A DNA stretch of 64,000 bases, from assembly GCA_046314355.1 (NCBI GenBank), contig JBKBWQ010000001.1, forward strand, positions 1,152,001-1,216,000. Direction: 5' to 3'. Position numbers and translations under genes: made by a program. A model generated the notes under the pieces. The model worked only from the letters and a program-made list of their open reading frames with translations, was not told the origin of the DNA and did no database searches. This DNA is from Candidatus Altimarinota bacterium (GTDB taxonomy: Bacteria; Patescibacteriota; Gracilibacteria; 1-14-2-50-48-13). Below, piece after piece: positions 28,201 to 37,891 of the stretch; position 1 is the stretch's first letter; every line of letters starts with the position of its first letter.

Positions 28201-30904
28201 TCTTCTGATATGAAGTCCAATCTTCATTATAGAATTCTACCTCGACCTTTTTGTTGCCTAGGGGTTTACCTTCAGTATCTATTGTGAGAATTTCAAATTC
28301 TGCATTTTTATTAGGCTCCACAAGATAACCTGTACTTCTGATACCTGCATAAGAGTCTGTTTTGTGTACTTTAAAGGTCTGAGTATTAGAAACTTCTCTA
28401 CCAGCTTTATCCTGAACTGTTACGATCATTGTATACAATCCGCTTGTCGTCTCACTATCGAGGTAGAGAGGCAGGATGAATGCTCCCTTTCCATTTGCAT
28501 CGAGCTGCACTTTTTGTTCCTCTATACCAATATTGCTGTCTTTACAGTAAAAGTAACATGCATATGTATCAAAGAAGTTGTACCACTCATCTGTATCTGC
28601 ATACATGTAAAGAGATTCCTTTGATATTTGTATTGTTGCTTCGCCGCCGCTGACATTTGTGCCAAAGTAATAGGATGCTTGTATCTCTGTACTGAGGATC
28701 TCTCCATTTGTGTAATTATCATTTACTGCATAGTCTACTTTAAATTCAGGCTTTCTATAGTCTTCTACCTGGAAGGTAGCTGTGGGATTTCCAAAGTACT
28801 CATCCTCAATAGGGGAAGAAGTTCTAGCTGTAATTGTATATCCTCCAAGAGAGGCATTCTTATCCAAGATAAGATTTGTGGTAAAACTTCCCTGAGCATT
28901 CAGTGCTACAGTTTTTGAAAAAATTTCATGATCCACAGCATCAGTGACTGTGACATTTACATTTGAAAGAGAAGGCAGTATATAGCCATTTGGAGTATTC
29001 TTTCGCACGATACCTTTTATCTCCACTGTATGCTCTGGACGGTATATCTTACGGTCGGTATGCATATAGATAGTATAATCGTTTCTTGGATCATGTTCCC
29101 AATAACCAGAGTAGGTATCAAGTCCATACTGGTATGGCTCGATTCCTTTATCCCAAAGAGAGCTCACAAGTCCAAAGTGATTCTCCGCATCTGCAACAAA
29201 GATATATTCGTTTGTTTCATATAAGCTAGGTTTGATCGTAAACTGAGCTTTACCATTTTTATCCGTGTTAGATTTCTGGATGAGCTTTCGGTCATTACCC
29301 TCTCTGTTAATCTCATAAAGACTTACTTGGAGATTTTCCTGAGGTTTCGCAGTTTTTAAATGAAATGCCCAAACACTTGCAAGACCTGTTGGGTCAGTTT
29401 TTAATGTGAGAGAAGTATCAGAGACATAGATAAATCTATGAGTTCTTAAGTTTCCTCTGTATTTTAATACTTCAGGAGCACTGAATGCTGCATAATAGAG
29501 ACCTGGCGTCATAGGCTGTCCATAGATAGCTTCTAGATCTATCTCTTTAGTACTTTCTCCTGCTGAGACAGGAAATGACTGGCTTTTAAAGTTACTGCAC
29601 TCTTTCTTTAGCTGAGGATTATTCGCTGGATCTTCATTTAAATACATGAACTCATGTGTGCCGCGGTTACTATTTGTATCTCCCTGAATAAAGCTGTTAA
29701 TAAAGTTTGAGGTGTTGAGTTTACATACGGTTCCTGTAAGTTTTGAAAGATTTGTCTGAGTGACAGTATTTGTAATCTTACTACCAGTCATAAAATAGCT
29801 CTGTCCTTCAATCTGAAGTCGAGATGCTTGGTTGGAGAAAGTAAAAGTATATGTCTTATCTGTCGTAAGGCTACTGCCATACGTGCTTTTCAATCCTTTT
29901 TTGAAAGTAATACTAACAGGTCCAGTTTCACTAAAGGTCTTACTGTCTATTCTTACTTCAAAGGTATTGTAAGGATATTCACCTATATTAATTCTGTCAT
30001 TTCCATAACTCCATCTTGTAGAATAAAGGTTATAGTCAGTGATTTTCTTTCCGTTTTGTGTAAGCTCAATAAATGATTTTGCATCTGAGAGCTGTACAGG
30101 TTTATCAAAATAGAAATAGAGGTCACTTTTATTGACTACATTACCTTCATAGCTTTCCCAGCTAGAAAGAATAGAGAGTGAACTATTAATACGATCTTTT
30201 GCTTTTATAGTGTTATAAAGCAGCATTGCGACCTGTTTGCGGGGCATAGCCGATCCGAAAACATCAGGAGCTTCAGGGTATTGATCTCTTACACTATAAA
30301 GATCTAATAAGTTGAAATGTTCAATGACTTGTATGTAAGGGCTATACCATTCATCTAATGGATACGGGAATCTTCCCGCGTCTGCTGATGCATATCCAAA
30401 GAACGGATAGGCGCTAGGATTATCTTGAGAAAGTACCTTTGGAAGTGAGACTTTGTAGAACTTCAAAAAAATCTTTGCAGCTTCTTCATATTTTACTGGC
30501 TGCCCAGCTTTAAAGGTGCCGTCAGGATATCCTTGCACAAACCCTTCTTTCTTTGCAGTAGAGACGTAAGGTGAAAACCAGTCCTCTGCTTTTAGATCAG
30601 AAAAAGAGTGAGCTGTATCATACTTGATCTCTCCGCCAAAGCCGCGGAATGCGAGCGTCATGGCTTCTGCGCGGTTGATGGAATCATCAGGTCTGAAGGA
30701 TCCATCGGGGTTACCTTTTATGAGTTGTTTTTCCTTGAGGTACTTTATTGCTGGATAGTTTACATCACCGGCATCACAGACATCTGTAAAAATACAGTCA
30801 TCCTGCGCATTGATAGTATTGATAAAATCCTGACCAAATGATGAAATGAGCAGGGTGAGTATTAATAGGAGAGAAGAGGTTTTTTTGAAAAGAGAGAGGT
30901 TCAT
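25253..30904 (-). CDS. Bacterial alpha-2-macroglobulin with N-terminal SLH domains
   Basis: Signal peptide, SLH repeats (GNPDGSFRPDDSINRAE; GYPDGTFK), TDRKIYRP, FQVEDYRKPEF, AVVDEAV, LPDNLT, PRFVRSGD, thioester YPYGCSEQ, DHLPAGLE and EMYNP motifs. Confidence 0.93.
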   Translation of the reverse strand: MNLSLFKKTSSLLLILTLLISSFGQDFINTINAQDDCIFTDVCDAGDVNYPAIKYLKEKQLIKGNPDGSFRPDDSINRAEAMTLAFRGFGGEIKYDTAHSFSDLKAEDWFSPYVSTAKKEGFVQGYPDGTFKAGQPVKYEEAAKIFLKFYKVSLPKVLSQDNPSAYPFFGYASADAGRFPYPLDEWYSPYIQVIEHFNLLDLYSVRDQYPEAPDVFGSAMPRKQVAMLLYNTIKAKDRINSSLSILSSWESYEGNVVNKSDLYFYFDKPVQLSDAKSFIELTQNGKKITDYNLYSTRWSYGNDRINIGEYPYNTFEVRIDSKTFSETGPVSITFKKGLKSTYGSSLTTDKTYTFTFSNQASRLQIEGQSYFMTGSKITNTVTQTNLSKLTGTVCKLNTSNFINSFIQGDTNSNRGTHEFMYLNEDPANNPQLKKECSNFKSQSFPVSAGESTKEIDLEAIYGQPMTPGLYYAAFSAPEVLKYRGNLRTHRFIYVSDTSLTLKTDPTGLASVWAFHLKTAKPQENLQVSLYEINREGNDRKLIQKSNTDKNGKAQFTIKPSLYETNEYIFVADAENHFGLVSSLWDKGIEPYQYGLDTYSGYWEHDPRNDYTIYMHTDRKIYRPEHTVEIKGIVRKNTPNGYILPSLSNVNVTVTDAVDHEIFSKTVALNAQGSFTTNLILDKNASLGGYTITARTSSPIEDEYFGNPTATFQVEDYRKPEFKVDYAVNDNYTNGEILSTEIQASYYFGTNVSGGEATIQISKESLYMYADTDEWYNFFDTYACYFYCKDSNIGIEEQKVQLDANGKGAFILPLYLDSETTSGLYTMIVTVQDKAGREVSNTQTFKVHKTDSYAGIRSTGYLVEPNKNAEFEILTIDTEGKPLGNKKVEVEFYNEDWTSYQKTDVSGDSVTNSENINSKLSSTSVTTDASGKAKVTFTPTKAGSYYARTVYTDSKGNRGSSRDYIYVYALDNSYTPWASTDIFKVQTVLDKPTYKVGDTAKLIIQSPFEKSTALITIEREKILESMIVELPNNNTPVSFPIKSSYLPNAFVSVTLLSATGTPDFRQGYTKLYVDTSVKELSINLSTDKKTYQPREKVTVNVSTKDSTGKSIPAEVSLAVVDEAVIALAGGVDRDIMNAFYYFKGIVVSTAQSLTHLVEKISLETVGGSGKGGASGLPIKRGNMKDTAFWSGTVQTDAAGNAQVSFTLPDNLTHWEILSIGTTSDTKVGSAAVSIESKIDFVAQALLPRFVRSGDQAVFSYSLFNLTNQDQTVSATLDIPGIDIKDKSKSILVKAQGSSPVSWAITAPLNAKNISLDMKAISTTGVGDHVTDRLNVYPAQVVDTFGQSGQGTGNFSTTLTSGKLSAEALATGDLTIYASGGLTANLKKQLQYLLMYPYGCSEQTTSVLFSNVILKEYLEKSNLELEGISSEDIEKNVSMAFQKLYNYQSDNGGWSLWGDEEYVENYLTAYVLSGLSYAEQNGFSVDVNVVKKGRDYLLNQLSSGKMANLNERAFALSVLKNLGVKGISSYADVLYKNKDNLSIESQSYLMSIYFDLARETTNAQEKSVYTSRTTALKDGLLSKMAKEAGKAYIKVDPKTDYFGFMYGNVAMNATLLRSLAYVDSNNTVLPNMISYLVSQSKDDRWATTHETSATLRGISEYLQTHAENNDPFKAEILVNGTNVATADFAQGGNSDATVVHLPLKNLTSPLTISIQTPQGRTVYYQAFVNYQKSPKEQYVENENFIIKRTLEYYKTNGSLTSSPTTLHRGDKVRINISFIPKYKDNGNNKRIAIEDHLPAGLEALNPGITTSGKTDASFSIGWADHIEMKDQLVMLYMQDARETQFSYDAQVISEGTFSYPAVHAFEMYNPAVYAKSGATALRTER

Positions 30905-30951
30905 AGGAGTATTAAATAATAGGAATGAAAGGTTGTGAGTACATGCGGATA

Positions 30952-32382
30952 CTATGGAGATGAGATCTGCAGACTAATGCTTCTCGCTGATTGTATGCCT
31001 GAAGTAAGCTCTGCAGCAATACTATATTGGTATGACGCGGCTGGATTAATTGTCTTGTCTATAAAGCTTGTTGCTTGAGTTCTTAGGATTATTTCATTTC
31101 CGGAAGAAAGATCTTTTCTATAAATAATATATCCTTTCATATCTGTTGCAGAAACAGCTTTCCATTGCAGGCTAATGGTATCATTTGCATAAGATCCTTC
31201 GAGATTTGAAGGAGCATTCGGTACAAATGGAAAAGTAGTCTGCACTTTTACGCTTTTTCCAATTTCTGTTCCATCTTCACCTATCACACGCACCTGGTAT
31301 TGATAGGATTTTCCTGATTTCACATCAGTATCCGTAAAACTTGTATTTCTTAATACTGAGACATTCCTTTTAATATTATCTCTATAGATATTGTATCCTC
31401 TCGTATTTGGAATAGTAGATGTTCTCCAAGTAAGCTTAAACTGATTTACAGCTTTCATTTCAGGGATTACCTTAAGCTGAAGATCAACGAGAGGCTGCGT
31501 CTCATCTGCAAAGTCATAGACTGGAGCAGGTACTGAGCTATTCTTGTTCGTGTTAAGAATAGGAACAACAGGTGGAGTTGTGGGTACTACTGGATTTACT
31601 GAAGGTGGTGCGACTGTATCTGATGTAGAAGCAGCTTGTGCAGGCCTTACAGCTGAAAGAACTTCTTTTGCCGCATTATCCTGCCAGTCTATAACCTTGA
31701 TCTGGTAATAGATTTTTTCAGTTCCAGAAATATTCTGATCGATAAATGTTGTTTCTGTTTGTTCCGCAATCTTTTGCCATGCAGAAGTAGTACCAATTGA
31801 GCGTTCGATAATATATTTTGATGGAAGCGCACCGCTTGGGAGACGCTGTTCTTGCCAAGAAAGTTTTACTGAACTGGAATTTAGAATAGCTAGTGAGACA
31901 GTAGTATTATTCTTATAAGATATTTCCTGTGTTGAGCTGCTAGGTATCTGCACTTTATCTTGAAGAGAAATGGGGAGTGCACGACCAATTTTTGAAGAAA
32001 GAAGTGCTTTCTCCTCTAAGCTTCGTGTCTCTGCATAAAGAGTTGTTTCTTCCTTGGATAATCCTGGAAGAATTGGAGTGGGAGCAAGGTTTAGATGTGC
32101 AAGAGTCTGCTGAACTCCGATCTGAAATTGAGCTGAGAATCCGTAAATGTCACCATAGAGCTGTGCCACTGGTGAGCTAAAAGCCTGGACGCTAAATATC
32201 GAGCCTAATCCGAGAGTTAAAAAGAGTAGGGCATATAGTGGACTCACGAAGAGCAGCTTATACTTTGCAAAAAGAGAAACTTTTTCCTGACCATAGAGTT
32301 TTCTATGCTCCTTCAAAAGCATCTGTTTTAATGCTTTCTGTCTGCCGGGATCCGGTGTTGTGTAGGGAAATAGATTGTTCAT
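30952..32382 (-). CDS. Putative anti-sigma factor with TM helix and extracellular fibronectin type III domains
   Basis: Overlaps the ECF sigma stop by 4 nt. Short N-terminal helix, one TM, and three Fn3-like units (LSW..YIIER..FID..YYQI; LTW..GYNIYR..FTD..YQYQV; LQW..GYIIYR..FID..YQYSI). Confidence 0.75.
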   Translation of the reverse strand: MNNLFPYTTPDPGRQKALKQMLLKEHRKLYGQEKVSLFAKYKLLFVSPLYALLFLTLGLGSIFSVQAFSSPVAQLYGDIYGFSAQFQIGVQQTLAHLNLAPTPILPGLSKEETTLYAETRSLEEKALLSSKIGRALPISLQDKVQIPSSSTQEISYKNNTTVSLAILNSSSVKLSWQEQRLPSGALPSKYIIERSIGTTSAWQKIAEQTETTFIDQNISGTEKIYYQIKVIDWQDNAAKEVLSAVRPAQAASTSDTVAPPSVNPVVPTTPPVVPILNTNKNSSVPAPVYDFADETQPLVDLQLKVIPEMKAVNQFKLTWRTSTIPNTRGYNIYRDNIKRNVSVLRNTSFTDTDVKSGKSYQYQVRVIGEDGTEIGKSVKVQTTFPFVPNAPSNLEGSYANDTISLQWKAVSATDMKGYIIYRKDLSSGNEIILRTQATSFIDKTINPAASYQYSIAAELTSGIQSARSISLQISSP

Positions 32383-32966
32383 ATAGTATGTTTAGAGTTC
32401 TTATGTAGAGAGGCAAAATTTTGTTGAAGTTTCTTATAGAGTCTGTGGTACTTTACTTTTATCGTCGAAGGTGGAATTCCCAGGATATGAGCGATCTCAC
32501 CATACTTGAGATCTTGTTCAAATCTCATATAAATAAGCTCACGTTCATCTTCTTTTAGAGTCGTAATGATTTCCCGAATCTGACTGAGAAATCCTGCTCT
32601 TTCTATATCTTCTTCTTCCAGCTGAAGCAGCGAATCCGGCATATCTTCCTCAGGTGCTGTAAGATCTTCATCCTGGTGAATGATCTTTGTGACTAGCTCC
32701 TGTTCTTTCTTGTGTCTCCTGATATTGTCGATATATGTATTTCTCGCAATACGGTAGAGGTAACTGACATACTGATATCCTTTGTCCTGATAGGTGGTGA
32801 TAGATTTGAGCGCTTTCATGTATGTCTCTGAACAGAGATCCCAGCTCATATCCTCATCACCTGAGGTAAGTACCATGCAGTATCGAAAGAGAGCTTGCAC
32901 CGTCTGTTCATACACTTCTCCGAAAGCTTCTGGATCTGTCTGTGCTTTTTGTAACAACTCGTTCAT
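32379..32966 (-). CDS. ECF-type RNA polymerase sigma factor
   Basis: Region 2 (AFGEVYE...DLCSETY...YLYRIARN..ID) and region 4 (ERELIYMRF..LKYGEIAHILG....TIK); 195 aa. Confidence 0.93.
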   Translation of the reverse strand: MNELLQKAQTDPEAFGEVYEQTVQALFRYCMVLTSGDEDMSWDLCSETYMKALKSITTYQDKGYQYVSYLYRIARNTYIDNIRRHKKEQELVTKIIHQDEDLTAPEEDMPDSLLQLEEEDIERAGFLSQIREIITTLKEDERELIYMRFEQDLKYGEIAHILGIPPSTIKVKYHRLYKKLQQNFASLHKNSKHTI

Positions 32967-33003
32967 ATGGTGAGAAGTAGACTTATCTTTCAGAGAAATA
33001 AAA

Positions 33004-35400
33004 TTACTGCTGTTTAATAGTGAATTGAACTGATGAAGTTCCTAATTGTATAACGTGTGATCCTTCAGAAGGTTTCATAAAAAATACAAATGGTAAGGTA
33101 AAGTTCTCAGCGATGATCTGATTGTCGAGTTTTAACGGCATCGAAACGGTACCGCGACCTGTAACTTTGATAGGTATTTGCTGTGCAGAAAGAGGCTTTG
33201 TCGTATCAATAAAAAATGTATCTTCTCCTCTTGGATGTGTAATGAGCGGAGCTTTCTCAATGAGTTCTACTTTCGTATGATCACAGTATTCCAAAGGTGC
33301 CTGAGGAATGTGAACACTTTCTGCCCATTCAAGCAGCGGCGTAGGGAAAAATACCATGACTTTTTCAACTGTATTGGATGTACAGGATGCATTTGCTAGT
33401 AATCCAGTATCAATATCTATAGGGACTTTTTTGTACCACGTATCTGTCTGAATAGGAGCATTTTTTTTAGTGAAAAGAGCAAACGTACTTTCTGGACACT
33501 CTGTAGTAGCAAGGAGTCCTGAGGTTGTACAAATTCTCTTTTCAATAATGTTTGCAGAACGTTTCCACTCTGATTCATCAATATTTGTAATCTCATTCTC
33601 TCTTCTCCTCAGGAAATCACTCCAGATAGGAATAGCTCCTGTAATACCTGAGACACCTTCCATAGGGGTATTATCGTTGTTGCCTACCCAAACACCTACT
33701 GCGATACGCGGCGTATATCCAAGTGCCCAGTTATCTCTATAATCTTTTGTAGTTCCTGTTTTTACAGCTACATATTCATTTATATCAAGTCTATTTGCAG
33801 TACCAAAGGAGAGCGACCGGGCATTATTATCCCGAAGCACGTGGTTAATGAGATAGACACTGTCTGAGAAATTTTCCTGCTGCTCAGGAAAAAGACTTCC
33901 TGAGGCAGAGACATCATTTGTAAAAAGTACCTGCCCGTCTTTTTCTATTTTCTCTATGAGACTGATCTCTGTCTTTAGACCGCCGTTTGCTAGCATAGAG
34001 TATGCATGTGTGAGATCAATCAAGCGAACTTCTCCACCCCCTAATGTGATACCAAGGCCATAGTGATCAGGAGTATTCGCAAAGGTCATGCCGAAATGCT
34101 TCAAAGTATCATAAAAGGCATGAAAGCCAACCGTATCAAGTACTTTTACTGCAATAATATTCAGTGAACTGCCAAGTGCTGTAGAGAGTGAGACGGGTCC
34201 ATGGTATTTGAGATCATAGTTTTTTGGACTATATTTATCTCCTTTTGAAGTGATAAAATCACTTTCGATATCATAGACTACATCAGAAGGACTTGCTCCC
34301 TGCATAAAATAAGTAAGATAGGTAAAAGGCTTGAGACTAGAGCCAGGCTGCCTTTTTGCTGTTGTAACATTGAATTTTCCATCAATGTCCTCTGCATCGT
34401 AATCTTTACTGCCGAGCAGGACACGAACTTTTCCACTAGATGGTTCTATCACGACCATAGCTCCGTTTGAGATTTTTCGATCCCTGAGGGCTTCGATCTG
34501 TTTTTTTACGACGCTCTCTGCATCTTTCTGCCATGTGAGATTGAGAGTAGTAGTAATCTTATAATTTCCTTCTTCAAGATCCGGGTAGGTTTTTTTTACT
34601 TCCTGGATGACATAATCAACGAAGTGAGGGGCTTCTCTTGGGGCTTTATCATATGAAAGTGTTATTGGAAGAATAAGAGCTTCCTGCTCCTCTTCTTCAG
34701 TGATAAAGCCTAATCTCTGCATTCTATTCAATATCTCCTCCTGTCTCTGTTTTGCTCTTTCTGGATATTTGTAGGGATTATAATTCTCTGGTGAAGGTAT
34801 TAATCCTGCGAGATACGCAGTTTCACTTAATGAAAGAACTTCAGGTGTTTTCCCAAAATAGGTATTGGAAGCTGAGACTATGCCATAGGACTTATTTCCA
34901 AAGTAGATATGATTAAGGTATGTTTCCAGGATAGTATTTTTTGTATGAAAAATTTCAAATACTGGAGAGGCAACCGTCTCTCTCGCTTTTTGTAGAAAAG
35001 AACGGGAAGAATCAGAGTAATAGAGCTGCTTCACCACTTGAGACGTGATAGTACTTGCGCCGCTTTCAATACTGCCTGATGCTGCATTCTGAAATAATGC
35101 GCGACCGACTGCCTCGATATCAATGCCGTGATGGGCATAAAAGTTCTTATCTTCTCCTGCGACCACAGCTTCTAGTAGTGTCTTTGGAAGCTTTTCTATA
35201 TTGATTGATTCTCTTGAAGTTGCCCGGGATGAATGAATCTCATAAAGCAAAGTACCACTACTATCATAGATCTTTGTACTGTCCTTGATAGGAGAGGATG
35301 TGAACCATGGTATAAATACATACAATAAAAAAATCACAGCAAACAGTGAGGCAAGAATGATCCAGAATTTTTTTGAAGAAAGAGTTGAGAGAATGTTCAT
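33004..35400 (-). CDS. pbpC: Penicillin-binding protein 1C-type bifunctional transglycosylase/transpeptidase
   Basis: TG motifs EDKNFYAHHGID and GASTITSQ; TP motifs SSLK, SLN and KTGTT; PBP1C-type C-terminal domain; linked to A2M. Confidence 0.85.
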   Translation of the reverse strand: MNILSTLSSKKFWIILASLFAVIFLLYVFIPWFTSSPIKDSTKIYDSSGTLLYEIHSSRATSRESINIEKLPKTLLEAVVAGEDKNFYAHHGIDIEAVGRALFQNAASGSIESGASTITSQVVKQLYYSDSSRSFLQKARETVASPVFEIFHTKNTILETYLNHIYFGNKSYGIVSASNTYFGKTPEVLSLSETAYLAGLIPSPENYNPYKYPERAKQRQEEILNRMQRLGFITEEEEQEALILPITLSYDKAPREAPHFVDYVIQEVKKTYPDLEEGNYKITTTLNLTWQKDAESVVKKQIEALRDRKISNGAMVVIEPSSGKVRVLLGSKDYDAEDIDGKFNVTTAKRQPGSSLKPFTYLTYFMQGASPSDVVYDIESDFITSKGDKYSPKNYDLKYHGPVSLSTALGSSLNIIAVKVLDTVGFHAFYDTLKHFGMTFANTPDHYGLGITLGGGEVRLIDLTHAYSMLANGGLKTEISLIEKIEKDGQVLFTNDVSASGSLFPEQQENFSDSVYLINHVLRDNNARSLSFGTANRLDINEYVAVKTGTTKDYRDNWALGYTPRIAVGVWVGNNDNTPMEGVSGITGAIPIWSDFLRRRENEITNIDESEWKRSANIIEKRICTTSGLLATTECPESTFALFTKKNAPIQTDTWYKKVPIDIDTGLLANASCTSNTVEKVMVFFPTPLLEWAESVHIPQAPLEYCDHTKVELIEKAPLITHPRGEDTFFIDTTKPLSAQQIPIKVTGRGTVSMPLKLDNQIIAENFTLPFVFFMKPSEGSHVIQLGTSSVQFTIKQQ

Positions 35401-35548
35401 TGGATGCAATATATAGCTATTACTTTAACTATACTTTTAACGTATGCAAGGGAAGAAGGTTACAGGGATCTCAAATTTTCTAAAAAGGAATTTTTGGTAG
35501 TTGAGGATGGTTTGTGGTATACTTATTGGAAATATATTTTTAGAAAAT

Positions 35549-35725
35549 ATGGATAATTCAAAACTTGAAAAGGAGTACTTCAAACTAGAGTTGGAAAAAT
35601 ATAAGGCTGATAATGCTTTTTTGGATACTCAACTGACCTCTCTGAAAAAAATGGGGTACGACTTAAATACTCTGGAAAATGCTGAAGAAGCTGAATTGAG
35701 TGAAGATCTTTTACAGGAATTATAA
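35549..35725 (+). CDS. Small acidic hypothetical protein (58 aa)
   Basis: ATG at 35549, helical Glu/Leu-rich sequence, ends 6 nt before the PLD gene. Confidence 0.55.
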   Translation: MDNSKLEKEYFKLELEKYKADNAFLDTQLTSLKKMGYDLNTLENAEEAELSEDLLQEL

Positions 35726-35731
35726 TCTTCT

Positions 35732-37792
35732 ATGAAAGAGTATAGCGAAGGTATAAAAAAAGATTCAGAACAAGGAAAAAATGACATATATAGATTGGTT
35801 GATAGGACCTCAACTATTCTTGAAAAGTCATCACCTTTAAGTAAAGAGGAGCGGGCAGAGATCTTACAGCTCCTTAACCAAATTACAAGCATTACGAAAC
35901 AAAAACAGCTTAAAAATATAAGTTTTTTCAAGGATCGTATACAGGACAGAATACAACAGTATTTTCCAAATCACCCTTTTTTAAAGGATATTATACAGTT
36001 TTCACATAAAGTGGAACTTCTCTCTGACGGAAAAGAGGCATTTGAAAAGACTGAAAAACTGATAAGGGAAGCGAAGAACAGTATCGAAGTACACATGTTT
36101 CTTTGGAAAAATGATCCGGTGGGTGATAGTATTATGAAGGCACTGCTTGAAAAGGCAAGACAGGGAGTGCGTGTAACAATCTATAAAGATATGCTTGCTG
36201 CACCGCATGAACTGAAGGATACCTATTCAGGGAGTATGTTGCATACTTCGGAGAGTGTCTTACCTCTCGTACAGTCTTATACTGGAAATCAAAAAATACC
36301 TACCGCGAAAAGGTTGAAAAGTACTTATTTCTCTGAGCTTGAACAGCTTGCAAACACTCAGAAGAATGTCAAAATTATCGGATCTCAGATACTGAATGAT
36401 CACTCTAAGTTTCTTATTACTGATAATTCTTCAATAATTATCGGTGATATGAACTATGCCCATGAGTATAAGCATAAATGGAGAGGATTTATGATGGGAA
36501 TGTACAATAGCACTCTATTTGTCCAGCATTTTAAAGAAAGATGGTCTGGAAAGAAACCAAGTACTTTCGCATCAGTTGAAGTCTCACTGAATACTCATCC
36601 CAATACTCCATCTGAAAAGAATTTTGAGATAAAGAAAAAGGTATTAACACTGTTATCTCAGGCAAGTAAAAGTGTCGTTATTGAGATGGCGTACCTTGGT
36701 GATAAGGATATTTCTCAGGCACTTGTGAATACAGCTAAACGTGGAGTTATAGTTGATATAATCATACCAAAGAATGCAAATATACAGCAAAACTTAAATA
36801 TGCGTGAAGCCAATAAACTTCTTGAAGCAGCAAGTAGAAATAAGATTCCACTGCATATTTATCTCTATCCAAAAATGACTCATGCGAAGTCAATGCTTGT
36901 GGATAATCGTATTTCATTCCTAGGATCAGCCAATTTTAATCCTTCGTCCATGCAACAACTTGGAGAGACAAATCTTTATATGGACGATGCTGATAGTCCT
37001 TTCACAAAAGAATTTTCCTCACAGTTACAAGGGGACAAAGCAATTTCTAGTCAGATGTTGTCAGTGCAACCATTTGATTCCAGACTTGCTATGATCGAGG
37101 AAGATCCTGCTGCTGTAAAAGATAAAACAAAGGAGTTTCAGACGAGAGGAATGGAGAAGGTTCTTGAAATATTTAATCCGATTAGTCTCTCTGCACACCT
37201 GACATCAATTTTTTTGTGCCTTAATCAAAGAAAGGATCCATCCAAAGCAGTAAATAATTTTAGAGAATATCTTTATAGTATGACTCATGAGAGTGTGTTC
37301 AGTGATCCCTCAATCAATACACTGATATTGAAAGAAACAACGGATATGTACTTTAAGTTTAAGGACTTTGTGGTGAAATTTAGTAAAAAGTCTCTTTTAG
37401 ACGTTATGATTGGAGAAGCAAAAAGCGCAAAGGAATTCATTGCCCATGTTGCCAGGTATGCTGGTGGTGATCCTGAAGCAGAGGAAGGTATGCGATTCTA
37501 CGGGAAATTCATGTCTTCTTTTATGAATGTATCACCTGATCTTAAACAGGATATGAAAGTGGTAACAACAAATATGAGTGCATTACTTCCAACTTTTACA
37601 AAAAAAGAAAAGGATGCGTCGTTGTCCAGAAATATGCTTGTGGTTCTTCTCTGCTCAACTATTGGTGCAAAGGGGGTAGGGTTTCTGGCAAAATTTAGTA
37701 AAGTTAAAAAGATGGCTGGTCTCGTTGGAACTGCAGGTGTTGTTGTATATAGAACAAATCTAGCAAGTGAAAAGATCAAACCTCTAAAGTAA
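35732..37792 (+). CDS. Phospholipase D superfamily protein (two HKD motifs) with N- and C-terminal extensions
   Basis: HSKFLITD....GDMN and HAKSMLVD....GSAN motifs; cardiolipin-synthase-like core (LLSDGKEAF). Confidence 0.88.
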   Translation: MKEYSEGIKKDSEQGKNDIYRLVDRTSTILEKSSPLSKEERAEILQLLNQITSITKQKQLKNISFFKDRIQDRIQQYFPNHPFLKDIIQFSHKVELLSDGKEAFEKTEKLIREAKNSIEVHMFLWKNDPVGDSIMKALLEKARQGVRVTIYKDMLAAPHELKDTYSGSMLHTSESVLPLVQSYTGNQKIPTAKRLKSTYFSELEQLANTQKNVKIIGSQILNDHSKFLITDNSSIIIGDMNYAHEYKHKWRGFMMGMYNSTLFVQHFKERWSGKKPSTFASVEVSLNTHPNTPSEKNFEIKKKVLTLLSQASKSVVIEMAYLGDKDISQALVNTAKRGVIVDIIIPKNANIQQNLNMREANKLLEAASRNKIPLHIYLYPKMTHAKSMLVDNRISFLGSANFNPSSMQQLGETNLYMDDADSPFTKEFSSQLQGDKAISSQMLSVQPFDSRLAMIEEDPAAVKDKTKEFQTRGMEKVLEIFNPISLSAHLTSIFLCLNQRKDPSKAVNNFREYLYSMTHESVFSDPSINTLILKETTDMYFKFKDFVVKFSKKSLLDVMIGEAKSAKEFIAHVARYAGGDPEAEEGMRFYGKFMSSFMNVSPDLKQDMKVVTTNMSALLPTFTKKEKDASLSRNMLVVLLCSTIGAKGVGFLAKFSKVKKMAGLVGTAGVVVYRTNLASEKIKPLK

Positions 37793-37891
37793 GGGAGAAT
37801 TATTTGTCTATCTAGTTTTTTGTACTCAATAGATATTTTCTTTCCATAATCTGAAACCCATGTAGAATTATGGCATATACTTATCTTACGC

